From contig JAVKOQ020000007.1 in assembly GCA_031835245.2 (NCBI GenBank), positions 124,001 through 188,000 of the forward strand: a stretch of 64,000 nt of DNA, read 5' to 3'. A program made the position numbers and the translations under genes. The notes below the pieces were generated by a model. That model made no database searches. It saw only the letters and a list, made by a program, of their open reading frames with translations, and was not told the DNA's origin. Position 1 is the stretch's first letter, and the number at the start of each line of letters is the position of its first letter. The DNA is from Balamuthia mandrillaris. Lineage: Eukaryota. Shown here piece after piece: positions 42,657 through 54,924 of this stretch.

Positions 42657-42906
42657 TGCAAGTTTTCGTTTGTATTTGTTTGGGGTGCTTGTCCCTTGTT
42701 TCTCTTTCTTCTTCATGTTCTTGTTCTTCTTCTCCTTCTTCTCCTTCGTCTTCTTCTTCTGTTCCATTTTTTTTTTCTCAAACCTTTTTTCTATTCTTCT
42801 TTTTTTTTTTCTGCGAAGGGTTACCCCTGTAATGCTCATCTGTTATAACTAGCTTTTAGAAGAAAGAAAGAAAAAAGAAAAGGAAAAAGGAAGAGAAGAG
42901 AAGAGA

Positions 42907-44578
42907 ATGCAAAACAATGCACAGAAGAAGAAACAGCAAAAGAGCCGAAGCTACGGCTACAACAGGAAGAACAAACGGAAGGGCAAGAGGGCGGCGGGCG
43001 GCGTCGAAGCGGCCCCGCAGAGAACGGAGGAGCAATGGAAGCAGCTCTTTGAGCCTTACCCCTCCTCTCCCGATGGTTTCCTTTTCCCTTCTCTCCGTCG
43101 TCCTCTTTTCCTTTGGCGTGTGCTCTGCTCTTCTCGTCGCCACTTTGTAGTTGGCTTCTTCTCTGCATCGTTCTCTCTTCTCTTCCTCTTCCGTGACTCA
43201 TGTCTAAACGCTCGTTTCGTGGGTATGAACAGGTTACCTGCGTTCGTTCGAGCCGGAGGAAAGCCAAGAGTACCTGGCCATGCTCCGACAGTACGGCTTT
43301 TGCATCGTGCGAGTGCTCTCCGCCGAAGAATGCCGCGACACGGTGGACGCCCTCTTCCTCGACGTAAACCAGCTCTACCGAACGAAGCGGCTTCAACCTC
43401 AAAAGCCAAAAGGAGAGCGAGAGAAAGAAGAAGAAGGAGAAGAACAAGAAGAGAAAGTCGAAAAGGACGACCCAACAACATGGCAAACCAAGCGTTGGCC
43501 CAGCGGAAGAAAGTTCCTGTTCGATGCTCCGACGTTTGCCGCGAAAGCGTTCGAGAACAGGACCAGCGAGAACGTTTACAAGACGTTTTGCAGCATTTAT
43601 GAGGGAAGGGAGCAGCTGTGGTGCTCTATCGACAAGTGGGGCGTTGCTCGTGGAACCACTGCTTTGCCTTGGCGTCATGAGGATGGTTCGTCCTTTTAGT
43701 TGTTGGTTGCTTTGTCTTGTTGTTTGTTCTTTGGTCTTTGGTCTTTGGTCTTTAGTCTTCCTTCTTCCTTCCTCCTTCCTCCTTCCTCGTCTTGTGCTGC
43801 TTACATGCTTCTCTGCTTCTCCCCACTTATAACAGGAACCTCGACGCTCGTCGACAAGCCGGAATGGGGATGGGACCTCAAGCTGCACTGGGATCTGAAC
43901 CCATGGGTCTACGTCGACAGCCTTCATCAGAGTCCACCGCTGCCACCGATGTATCAGGGCCTCATCGCTTTGGAGGACGGTCCCACAGAGGTGGGCTGCA
44001 CCATGGTGGTTCCAGGAAGCGCAGCGTTCCTGCCCACGTTTGTAAGGGAGAACGCCGCGCCGCACCGCCGCTGGGTGCAGATCAACGTTCCAGAGGATCA
44101 CCCCATGCAACGGTATGCCCAGCACATTCCATTGAGGTAAGCGACCTGTTGAAACGATCAAACGTTGAACCGACACTTGTTGTTGACTTATTTGGTGGGT
44201 AACATATGGACTGGAACAGGAAAGGTGAGATGTTGATATGGGATGCGGGGTCTGCCCACTCTGCATCTGCCAATCGTTCCTCAAAGATGAGGCTATACCA
44301 ATTCGTTAGGTTTGTTTCTCAAGCTCTCTCTCTCTCTCTTTCTCTCGCTCTCTCCTTCTTTCGTCTCTGTTCGTTTCTTTTTCGTGCATTCTAATTGTTC
44401 TTTGTGAAGAATGCTGCCAGCAACAGAAGAATGCGAAGAAAGGGACAAATACGCCCCAAGAAGAATCATGCAAAAGTACCCCGATGCGGTGGACTACTCA
44501 GCCTTACCTCTCTCAGACTTGGGAAAGAAACTGATCGGCCTCCAACCCTGGGGACCTGATCTGAAAACACAAAAATAA
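42907..44578 (+). CDS. Phytanoyl-CoA dioxygenase-like Fe(II)/2OG oxygenase
   Basis: LRQYGFCIV, LHWDLNP (HxD), YQGLIALED..VVPGS and GEMLIWD..AH..N.S..R. Confidence 0.8.
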
Positions 44579-44730
44579 AAAAAAACGTGCGACAAAGCGG
44601 CAGGAAGGTAAAGACGGAGAACAAGAGAACGAGACGAAGACAGGAAGGTCGTACCTTGTCTTTGTTTCTCTCTTTTTGGTCACGTTTGTGAATGTGATCA
44701 CAAACGTTTCAAGCGGATACGGATACCATG

Positions 44731-44771
<41 letters not shown>

Positions 44772-45093
44772 GCTGCGAGGCAAAAAAAAAAGAAACAAAG
44801 AGCACCACAAGTGTTTGCTTGTTTCTGTTTTCGGCTAAACAAAAATGAAACAGACCAATGGGAAAACAGCTTTCCTGTTTAAATAAGGAAAAGGCGCGTC
44901 GTTTCGAGAACTTGTTTACACACGTTGGCCTTTTAGCAGACATAAAATCCAAGGAGGAGGTCAAAAGAAAAAAAAGAAGGAAGAAGAAGAAGAAGAAGAA
45001 GAAGAAACAAGCTTGTTTTTTTTTTCCGTTCAAAGGGGTTGCTTTTTGGACTTAATATATTTTTTGTTTGTTTTCTTCAAGGAAAGAGAGAAA

Positions 45094-47404
45094 ATGGGAG
45101 ATAGAAAGGATGCAAGAAAGTCGACCAAAGTCAGGGACGAGCGACGCGCAAGCGGCGATCATACCTCCTCACGGCGCAGCTCGGAGCGACATCGCGAGCG
45201 AAAAGAAACCAGCAAATCCGACAGAGTCAGCCGCAGCAGAGAGAACAACCGAGCCAGCCTCACAATAGTGGAGGAGGGTCCTCCAAAGTTTGCCACCACG
45301 GGCAACGAAATAGAAATCCAGCATAGCAACAACAACACGCCCCCGAGTGAGTCAGAGAAACGCGCCTCCTCCGCTCCCCAGCCTCCTTCCTCTTCCTCCT
45401 CCTCATCCTCCAGCCAAGAGACACACCGGACTTCGCCAAAATGGGAGATATTGCCGACCGAAATACAGAAGACAGGAGAGAAGCTCGGTCAAGGAGGCTT
45501 TGGAGCGGTTTATAAGGGGTAAGTCCTTCTATTTCTTATATTCTCGTTCCTTGTATTAGAATATGTAAAGGAGATGTTATAACTAACCTGTTGACAAAAA
45601 GGTTGTGGCGAGGCATCACGGTTGCTATTAAAGTATTGTTGTGCGATGATGAAGCATCCCTCAACAATTTCAAACAAGAGATAGACATGATGAGGTATCT
45701 TTAAACTGCTACCTTTTTATCCCTCTATGTTATTGTTTTTCCTTTACGTTCGCTATTTTTCTTTTTATTTTCTTCCCTGTTTTCTTTTGGCATTTCTGCA
45801 TCTTTCTCTTCTCGTTGATAAAGCTTCTTCTAACCTTTCTTCCCTTCTCCTTGCCACTAAATCAAGTGAACTACGGCACCCAAACATTGTCTTGTTTTTG
45901 GGAGCTTGTTTGCAGCCAAACGATGTATTCTTCATCACCGAGTTTGTGCCGAACGGAAACCTTCACGATGTGGTCAACAAACAGAAACTGTCCTGGAAGA
46001 AAACGATCCAGTTGGTCAGGGATATAGCCAGAGGCATGTGCTATCTTCACGAAAGCCGCCCAGTCATCTTACACAGAGATTTGAAGTCGCTCAACGTTTT
46101 GGTTAGCTCTCTACCCCGTCCCCATCTCCTTCTCCAATTCTTCCTCCTTTCTGAGTCGCTTACTCCTTCCTTCCTTTTTCTTTTCCTTTATTCCATGCGG
46201 TAATAGATCGACGACCATTACACAGCAAAAGTTTGTGACTTTGGTATCTCCAAAGAAGCAACCAAGGGTCGTCAAGTGGCAACAGTGACGAACGTCGGCA
46301 CATTGAACTGGACCGCTCCAGAACTTCTGGATGGCGGCAAAGCCACCAAAGCGGCTGACATATATGCTTTTGGCATGGTGTGCTGGGAGGCTATAACGGG
46401 CAGGTTTCCGTTCGAAGGCTTGACCTCGTTTCAAATCATTAAGTCGTTGTCCAGAGGGGAAAGACCAGAGGTTCCAGCGGACTGCCCCGATCCTGAATAC
46501 AGGAAACTGATGGAGGATTGTTGGCAGCAAGACCCTGCAAAACGGTTCTCTCTTTCTCGTCTTGCTTGACTTTCTTTGCTTGAATTTATTCTCTGAGCTT
46601 ACCTATGATTTTTTCCGTTGCATATCACACAGGCCTCACTTTGCGACGGACATTCTTCCGCGGTTGGATAAGATGTTTGAGGAAGCAGGTAGAATGGAAG
46701 CGGCTGAAGAGGAGGCGCGCAAACTGGCCTTAGAGCAAGCTCAAGCTATCATACAAGCAGCAAAGGCAGGGGTTGCAACTACTATCGCTGCTCCTGTTGC
46801 GCCTCCCGCAGCTGCACCGCCGTCTGCTGTTAGCGTCAAGGATCCTCCCCCAAAAGAAAGAGCTTCCTCATCATCATCTTCCTCAACTTCATCTTCGTCT
46901 ACAAGGAAGAAATACAGCATTGATCATTCTAGTTCCTCTTCTTCATCGTCATCATCTTCTTCCTCGTCATCGTCATCATCGAAGAAAGAGAGGTCTAGCC
47001 ACAAGTCTACAACTCCTAGAAACACCTCTATCAAAGGTATCTCTTATGGTTTCCAGTTCTTTTGCGTTCGTTTGTTTCTGAAGGTATCTCATGCTGTTCT
47101 CTTTCTCTCTCCTTTACTCTCCTTCTTTATGAAAATAGCAGAAGAGGACGATTTGGAATACAAGCCATCGAGACACAAGAAGAAGGTACAATTGTTGGCC
47201 GACTCCGACGGCTCCAAAGGTTCCACCACTAAGAAACAAAGCACTGAGAGGGCACTATCAGAGAGAGGAACCCAATCATTGATAGCAGGCAGAGACAAAG
47301 AGGTCTCCAAATCTTCTTCTTCCTCCTCCTCTGCCGCCAAAAAGAAAGTTTCGCGATCCGACAGCCCAAAGAGTCTTTCCTGGATTCTAACGGATGAGAT
47401 TTGA
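45094..47404 (+). CDS. Tyrosine-kinase-like (TKL/Raf-like) protein kinase with Ser-rich tail
   Basis: LGQGGFGAVYKG, VAIK, LRHPNIVLFLGAC, HRDLKSLNVL, DFG and GTLNWTAPE. Confidence 0.93.
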
Positions 47405-47594
47405 ACTGTTTGCTGTAAGGAACTGTTTTCGTTTATTTCCACTTAACAATTTTTTTATAACAACATTTAAACAAGCCTCTTGTATGCCATCCTCTGTGAG
47501 TCGTTGTTTATTTTTTCTCATTTCTTTTCGTTTCGAGGTTCCTCTCAGAGGGACACAAGTAAGACTTTAAAGGATTGGCTCGCTTTGCTTGGTG

Positions 47595-47770
47595 TGGCAG
47601 TCCTGAAGGATGACCTCCACTCCTTCGCTGAGCGTACCGTTGAATGTCGGGAGCTGAGCTTCAGGGCCGGCGATATCATCAACGTCACGCAGAAGGGCAG
47701 CTCGGGCAGGGAAAGCTCAACGGGAAGACCGGCGCCTTCCCCCGCCACCTTTGTACTTGAGATAAAAGGA
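47595..47770 (+). pseudogene. Frameshifted SH3-domain relic
   Basis: LHSF..ELSFRAGDIINVTQKG, then in shifted frames QGKLNGKTGAFP/ATFV. The WW motif is missing. Confidence 0.6.
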
Positions 47771-47977
47771 AGCCAACGGAGTTTCGTGCTGAACTAAAAT
47801 AGGGAATCATACGTCCCTTCGTGCAGGCTACAAGAATTGGTGGTTCAGGGCGAGAGAGTCTGTTGTTGAGGGAAGAAAGAAGGGAGGGACGTGTAAAGGA
47901 AAACAAAAGATAGAAAGGTACTCACCCCGACAGGGATTCAATTTTAAGCGTTGACTGCTTAGTTAGTGCAGGGAGGA

Positions 47978-50900
47978 ATGGAACAGCCTGAGAACTCTTC
48001 GTCTGAAGGCGAAGGCAAGGCTGTTGAGACATCAACAACCGCAACAACGCCGCAAACAGTAGCCCCTCCCACCAAGCATGCCGTCCCTACCCGCGCTTTA
48101 CCACCGACACCCACCCAGCACCCTTCTCCCACCCCAACGGCAACCACAGCTCCAACCAGCAGCACAGACAATGCCGCAACTCAGTCTCCAGCTGTACTAA
48201 GCCCCCGATCCACACAGCCGCCCCCTCCTCCCTCTCGCGATACCAAACCTACTCCAACATTCAGCGAGGCTTCTTTCTCCTCATTGTCTGCTTCCTCATC
48301 GTCGCTTCCTGCTTATGCGACAACCTCCCACCCTGAACATGTTGTCTCCGCACCGACAACTACTATTACAGCAACTCTTCCAAGGCCGAACGTGCAACAG
48401 ATACAAGAGCAAATACAACCGGTTGCAGGAGGCAGCGGCCAAGGAGCGGGGTCCAAGGTCGCGTCTCTTATCACAAAAACCAACATGTCCCCAGAGGAAG
48501 AACTGCAAAGGCTCAAAGAGGTCCACGAAACAATGGTAAAGAAACTCCAACAGTGGCAGTCTGACCTGTTGAAGCGACCAGCAGTGACCCCCGTTCCTAT
48601 GAGCGAAGCCAGAGCAAAAGTGGAGGAGATTCTTAAAGAAGTGTATTCTAAACCTGGGCATCCCTCCTCTATAGTAAGCAGTGCTTCTACCCCTGCTATC
48701 ACTGTAGGGGCTGCAGTTACAGGAACAGTAGCTGCTCTTGTTGCTAGCACCGGCGCAGGAAACCGGGGAAGCACCAGAGGGCCTTCTGCAACCATTTCTT
48801 CACTCAACAGCAGCAGCAACAGTAATCCAAACCCGCCGAAGGTCTCCACGCTCGTTCGAAGCCTGAGCCAGAGTTACGGCAAAAACAACACCTCCTCCAA
48901 TCAACTGCAACCACCTCCACAAGCAGACATGTCAGTAAGCAGCGATGCCACGCCCACCAAACTTCCACCGGCGCCTTCCTCGCCTTCTCCATCTCATTCT
49001 TCTTCAACCATCGAAGCTCTCAAGGGCACCACAACGTCACAACCGACCACTCCACAACCCGATCGAAAGAAGACACCAGAACAACAGGTGGAAGCGTTGA
49101 CAGCCGAGTTCCTGCAAACGGAACGAACTTACGTGAACGGGCTTCGAGTGTTGGTGGAAGTATATCTCAAGGGTGTTCGAGCAGATGAACTGATGAGCGT
49201 CAAGGACATCCAAACCGTGTTCTCCAACGTGGATGTCATCTTTGAGCTCAACCAGAAGCTGCTGTCTGATCTTGAAAAGACCCACGAGGCAGGAGGCGGC
49301 TCCATCTTGAAGAATCTGTGCGATAACTTGGGAACTTTCATCCCCTTCTTGAAGATGTACACTCAGTACATCAACAACTATGACAATGCGCACAAGAGAG
49401 TGAAGAAGCTGTCCAACAGCGCCGCCTTCAAGACTTTCCTTCAGCAATGTAAGAGTAGACCCGAGTGCAACAGCCTTGGCCTTCATGATCACCTCATCAT
49501 GGTACTGCTTCCTACTTCTGTCCATGCTTCCTTCCTGTCTTTTGCCTTGTTCCTCCCCTTCCTTCTTCCCTCTCAGTTGTTGTTCGTTTGCTTACTTCTT
49601 TTTTGCTTCTCCTTTCCTCTTTCAAAGCCGGTACAACGTTTGCCTCGTTATGAGTTACTGTTGCGTGACATTCTGCGCTACACGCCAGACGACAGCGCGG
49701 AGCACTCCAAGATAAAGAACCTCTTGGGCACTATCCAAAACGTCAACAAGTACGTCAACGAGAGCAAACGCAGCCAAGAGACTCGCCAGAAGCTCTACAA
49801 GCTGAAGGATGCTTGTAAGCCAAAAGGCGTGGATATCTTTGACCGGCCTCACCGAGAGCTCATCAAGGAATTGACTCTGAGCTCTCACGAGGTGCAACCC
49901 GGAGAAGAAGGGCGGTTCATCAACCACACTGACAGCATTAAGTTCAAGGAGCACCACTTCTTCCTCTTTGATGACATGATGGTCGAAGTGCAAAAGCTCA
50001 AGTCGGACAAGTTCAAGTTCATAAGGCACTATAACTTGTTGCACTACGAAGTCAAGCTCAGCCTTTTGGAGGATTGGTTAAAGTCCAAAGAAGACTCCAA
50101 GCTCAACAAGCCAGCAGCGACTGGTGCCGAACAACATCACCATCACCACAGGCCCTCATCTGCAGGTCTTCATCATCAGTTACAAACAAAAGGAGGCGGA
50201 GGTATGAGTCGTACCTCCTCTGAAATCAAACTGGGCGCACCTTCTGTGGAAGATGGCGAAGATGGCACCGAAAGCGAAGGCAGCGGCATCCATATCCAAC
50301 GCCACCAACAACCACCACTGGAAGGAGGTGGCTCTGACAGTCCCCTTGTTGGCAAACAGGAACAATGGCGGCGCTCCATTTCCGGCCTTCACAACGGTGG
50401 CGGCACCGCAGCTGCCGCTGCATCCGAAGAAAGAGCCGCCACAACAGAAGCAGAGGAAGCTCCTGATCCTACCTCTCCTGCCTCATCCACATCCACAGAC
50501 CAACAACAACCGCATGTGGGAGCACTGCCACCAGGAGAGTTGGAGATGCAGATGCAAATGTTGATGGCGGCCACACAGATGCAAATGGCGGGCAGCTCCA
50601 CCAGCTTTGTCCTCGTCAACCGCCTGCTGGACAAAAGGGTGGTCATCAGGACGTCCTCCATCGAGGCCAAGAAGGAAGTCATCAAGCTCATCGAGGACGC
50701 CAGAGAGAGGGCCAAGGCCTTGCAGAGCGAGCCCGCCAAGGCCGCAGAGGGCCTCCCCTCCGGCTCCGCCATCTCCAACATCGCTGGCACTGGGTTGGGC
50801 ACGCTGTTAGATGGGGGAGGGGAAGGAGAGAGCAGCGAGGAGGAGGGAGAGGGAGGGGAGGAACACGCCGCCACCAACAGCGGCAGCGTGGTCGTGGAGG

Positions 50901-51256
50901 AGCAAGAACAGCAGCATCAGAAGAAGAAAGGGGCATCCATGCCCAAGCGCATCAAGAGCATGAAACTGAAGAAGGAAAAGAAGAAGGATCGGAGGGGATC
51001 TTTGGCCCCCAGCAGCGGCAGCGAAGGCAACTCGGGTATTGGCGCAGGGGGTTCGACGCCAGAGCAACCGAATCCACTGGCTTCTTCGGCTTCGGGCCTT
51101 CCTTCTTCGGGCAACAGCACCGGGGGAACCATTCGGGGACGCATCGTCTCCGCGTTCAACAAGAAGGGCTCCGCTGACAAAGGGGTGGCGGGTGGGGGAA
51201 CGGAGGAAGATGAGAAGAAAGGGTCCAAGAAGAAAAAATTGTTTGGCTTTTCGTGA
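47978..51256 (+). CDS. RhoGEF (DH-PH) protein
   Basis: EFLQTERTYVNGL, VFSNV..I..LN, FLKMYTQYINNYD and LIM|PVQRLPRYELLLRDI. In-frame intron at ~49502-49628. Confidence 0.92.
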   Translation: MEQPENSSSEGEGKAVETSTTATTPQTVAPPTKHAVPTRALPPTPTQHPSPTPTATTAPTSSTDNAATQSPAVLSPRSTQPPPPPSRDTKPTPTFSEASFSSLSASSSSLPAYATTSHPEHVVSAPTTTITATLPRPNVQQIQEQIQPVAGGSGQGAGSKVASLITKTNMSPEEELQRLKEVHETMVKKLQQWQSDLLKRPAVTPVPMSEARAKVEEILKEVYSKPGHPSSIVSSASTPAITVGAAVTGTVAALVASTGAGNRGSTRGPSATISSLNSSSNSNPNPPKVSTLVRSLSQSYGKNNTSSNQLQPPPQADMSVSSDATPTKLPPAPSSPSPSHSSSTIEALKGTTTSQPTTPQPDRKKTPEQQVEALTAEFLQTERTYVNGLRVLVEVYLKGVRADELMSVKDIQTVFSNVDVIFELNQKLLSDLEKTHEAGGGSILKNLCDNLGTFIPFLKMYTQYINNYDNAHKRVKKLSNSAAFKTFLQQCKSRPECNSLGLHDHLIMVLLPTSVHASFLSFALFLPFLLPSQLLFVCLLLFCFSFPLSKPVQRLPRYELLLRDILRYTPDDSAEHSKIKNLLGTIQNVNKYVNESKRSQETRQKLYKLKDACKPKGVDIFDRPHRELIKELTLSSHEVQPGEEGRFINHTDSIKFKEHHFFLFDDMMVEVQKLKSDKFKFIRHYNLLHYEVKLSLLEDWLKSKEDSKLNKPAATGAEQHHHHHRPSSAGLHHQLQTKGGGGMSRTSSEIKLGAPSVEDGEDGTESEGSGIHIQRHQQPPLEGGGSDSPLVGKQEQWRRSISGLHNGGGTAAAAASEERAATTEAEEAPDPTSPASSTSTDQQQPHVGALPPGELEMQMQMLMAATQMQMAGSSTSFVLVNRLLDKRVVIRTSSIEAKKEVIKLIEDARERAKALQSEPAKAAEGLPSGSAISNIAGTGLGTLLDGGGEGESSEEEGEGGEEHAATNSGSVVVEEQEQQHQKKKGASMPKRIKSMKLKKEKKKDRRGSLAPSSGSEGNSGIGAGGSTPEQPNPLASSASGLPSSGNSTGGTIRGRIVSAFNKKGSADKGVAGGGTEEDEKKGSKKKKLFGFS

Positions 51257-51386
51257 CCAACTTGTTTTTTTGTGTTTATGATTATTTTTTTTAAAAAAAG
51301 GGGAGTACATTTTTTGTGGTACGATCGATTATTTACAAAATGCAAAGTTGATGAGATGCTGATGATTGATTTTTTGTTTTTGTTTT

Positions 51387-51799
51387 TTACAAGGTCACAC
51401 GAGAGGTGACTTGGTATTCGCCCTGCAAGTTCTGGTAGATGGTGATGACTTGGGTTTCGTGCTCACCACAGGCCTTGGTCAGGTCGAGCGTAATTCTCCA
51501 GTTGAGGCCAGCCACTACCTACAAAACAACAACCAGAAAAAAAAACCATCAGTTTTCTTTATCACACAAAAAAAAAAGTAGAGAAGAGGCTGTACCTGTC
51601 TCTCCACAGAAACTATTTTGGTGGCAACCACCTCGTCGCCGAGCTCGCTGCGCAGGGTCTCGCCAGAAAAGGCCAACACCTGCTTGACGTGCTCCTGGGC
51701 GAACTCCTCCTCAGGGACTTGGTGCCAGCCACCAGCCAGACCCGCGGCCGCCACCAAGGCCACACAGAGAGCGAACAGTACGGTCACCAGAAGTTTCAT
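51387..51799 (-). CDS. Secreted cystatin-like protease inhibitor (2 exons)
   Basis: Signal peptide, LAGGW, and the spliced Q|VVAG cystatin motif. Confidence 0.8.
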
Positions 51800-51991
51800 T
51801 GTTGTTGTACTACTACTACTTTACTACCTGCTGCTTGCTGTAGTTTGTTTGTTCGAATTGTGAACTTTTCTTTCTTTTCTCAAAAAGAAAAAAAATGGTG
51901 CACGTGTCAATTCCACTCGAGGGTTCGATCTACTTTCCGCCTTCTTTCGCCGAGATTCACGGTGATACAGCCCTAATTAAGATAAATAGCC

Positions 51992-52241
51992 CTAACCTTG
52001 GACATTCCCGTACGAAAACCCGCAAAAGGGATTCAACAACGCGCGGACGGCCTGCTTGGCGGGGGAGTTGGTGGGGATGACGTGCCCGCCTTTGTGCTCC
52101 TGCGTGGCGGCGTGGCTCCCGAACAGCTCGGCCAGCTGCTTGCTTGCTGAGGGAGGGACCAAATCATCCTTTGCTCCCCAACAATGCAACGTTGGAATGC
52201 ATGCCCTTTCTTCATCCTGTTTGTCCAACATTTCAGCAAAT

Positions 52242-52280
<39 letters not shown>

Positions 52281-53137
52281 GAACGATGAAGAGAGATGAA
52301 AAAAGCCCTTACCGAAACAATTCTTGAATAGAGCTGGGCCATAGGCTGTGCCTGCGTTGGAAAAGAAGAGTACATGATGGCAAACTTGAATGAAAATGTT
52401 GGCCACTCCATTTGCCGCGTTTCTTCTTGCTCGCCCAGAGAAGCATAAGGAGAGCTCTTGTTATTGTCTTTGTTGTTGCTGGCACAAGGGCCGGACAGCA
52501 TGCACAACAAGGAGGCCATGATACCGCCCTGAGAGAATCCTATCACTCCATCGAAGGGACCCTGTTGATGATGAAGGGTAACAACAAGCGAAGAAGAAAG
52601 TCAACAGACGAAACCTAAAAGGAAGGAAGAAAACGCACGTTGGCAGCCTCTTCCTCTTGGATGAAAGCGGTGAGGTAAGCGAAGGACTCCTCGAAGCCAC
52701 GTTGCTTGGACGCTGTCAAGAACTGCTCTTTGGGTTCCGTTTGCCACCAGCCAAATACTTCTTCTCCTTCCTCGTTCGCTCCTAACCGAAGCGGTGCTGT
52801 GGGACACACTATTTATTTTATTTTTTTCAACAAAAGTGAGAACAGATGATGACGATCACTCAGAGGTCTTGCTTCTCGAGATAGAGAAACAAACCGAGTT
52901 CGGGAAAGAAGTTCTTTGCTTTGAGATCCAAAACGCGCTCCCTTGAAAACGAGTGAGATAAAATAAAACAAGAAGAGAGCAGGTTCGTTACGAACTTGAG
53001 ATGCTTCATGCTGGACCGCTGAAAGATGGGTCCGCTCTGCATGTAGCCATGAAGGCAGAGAATGCGCAGTCGCGGTGGAGTCGTCGGCTCACCACCAGCA
53101 GCTACTCCCTTGTTGTTGTTGCTTTTTGTTGTTTCCA

Positions 53138-53138
<1 letters not shown>
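51992..53138 (-). CDS. FSH1/OVCA2-family serine hydrolase
   Basis: RILCLHGYMQSG, IGFSQGG, PTLHCWGAKDDLVP and HKGGHVIP. Confidence 0.9.
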
Positions 53139-53171
<33 letters not shown>

Positions 53172-53358
53172 TGCTCAGTGTATTTGGTTGGTGTCTGGTT
53201 CTTTTTGCGCTTGCGTGCAGTGAAGAGAAGCAGGAAAAGAAAGACAAAACCAACTTTTAATCGTTAATCTTACAACAACAACAACACAAAGCAGCCTTCT
53301 AGCAACACACAATAGCAAAAAAATAACACGTTGTCAAACGTATCGTGCCCTGTACTTT

Positions 53359-53869
53359 TTACATGAAGAGGCACCTGCGCTCTCCAGAAGATTTGGAAGA
53401 TGAGGCTGACTTGTTGCCATGAAAGATGGCGCGATAGGCCTCGCCAAAGACGTCGTTCAGGCCTGCCTTCTCCACGGCAGAGCATTCCACCAAAGCGCAG
53501 GCCTTGACTTCTCTGGCCATGGCCTCCCCCTCCTCCTTGCTCACCGCTCCAACTTTGTCCGCACGGACCTCCTCCGCCGCCTTTTCTTCCTCCTCCTCTT
53601 CATCCTCCTCTTCCTCTTTCTGCGCCTCCTCCTTTTCGCCGTTTTCGAGTTTTGTTCTTCGGTCGGACTGACAACCCACCAGCACAACAGGGACGCCTGG
53701 GCAATGAGCAGCGACCTCGCTGACCCACTTGCGTACCGACTGCAAGGAAGCGGGAGAGGCCAACGAGTAGCACACCAGAAACACGTTGGCGTTTTCGTAT
53801 TGCAATGGGCGAACTCTATTCACATCCTTTGTACGTGTGCCTGTGAAAGTCGGATCAGAAAAAGTTGAC

Positions 53870-53910
<41 letters not shown>

Positions 53911-54116
53911 ACAAGGCAAGTTTGGTTACCATTGGTGTCGTAGAGCGCTACGCTGAGGTCTTTTCCTTCCACTCGTTTGGAGAGGGTCTTGGGTAATGAC
54001 ACATCGGGCAGTTCGGAAGGGACGCGGCCATCCGCGTAGGCACAGCACAAGCTGGTCTTTCCAACTCCATTGCTACCGACGACCACCACCTTCACGGCCT
54101 GGGCAGAAGCACTCAT
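53359..54116 (-). CDS. Rho/Rac-family small GTPase (divergent), CAAX CLFM
   Basis: VVVGSNGVGKTS, LYDTNG, RPLQYENANVFLVCYS, ECSA and C-terminal RRCLFM. Confidence 0.88.
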
Positions 54117-54242
54117 CCCTGCTTCCTTGCTACTTTTTTCTTCAACAAAGAAAAGCCAATTTTATCTTTTTGAGCGAGATCCATCACGACGACATGAATT
54201 TATTTACTGTCGACAGAGACACATTTCTTGTCGACAGTGAAG

Positions 54243-54893
54243 TCATTCCAGGTGGATGGCGAGGGCGCTGAGCCGAGGGTGTGAAGCCCTGAGCTGTGGG
54301 AGCAGGGCCTGAGGGAGGGAGAGGGTCAGCCGTTCCAGGCATTCCGGCAACCACGGCAAGCAATCCATGAGGCCAAACCGTAGAGCGGTAACGTAGGTGG
54401 CGGGAGAGGAAGATGTAGGAAGGCCATAGCGAGGAAGCACAGGACCGGGTTGTGTATAGTTGCTCAAGGGGGTCCAACTGGCGTTAAGTTCTTGCAAATT
54501 GGCAAACGCTAAAATGACCTCCGCTTTTTGTTATAAACACGACCAAAAGAAGTAAAATGAGCGCCAAGGTAAAGAAATAAAGTAAAACAAAACTCAGAAG
54601 AGCAAACGCACCAGGAGCAGAGAAGTCAAACCCGTATTGATTGTAATAATGGAATGCCGCAGCTGTAACCAAAGTGTGGGCTATGTCAAGGTATTGTAAA
54701 TGGGGACAACCTTTGCCAATGCTCAACAGCTGCTCGTCCGATACGTTAGTCTTACGCAAGTTGAGCCACCGTAGTCGTTTGCACTCACTAATGGAGCTAA
54801 AGTTTAATTCATATCTTTTGTTGTGGTTGTTGGTTGCAGTTGCTCATTTAGTTAAATTTTGATGTTGTGCAAACAAACACGATAAAGGTTACC

Positions 54894-54924
<31 letters not shown>

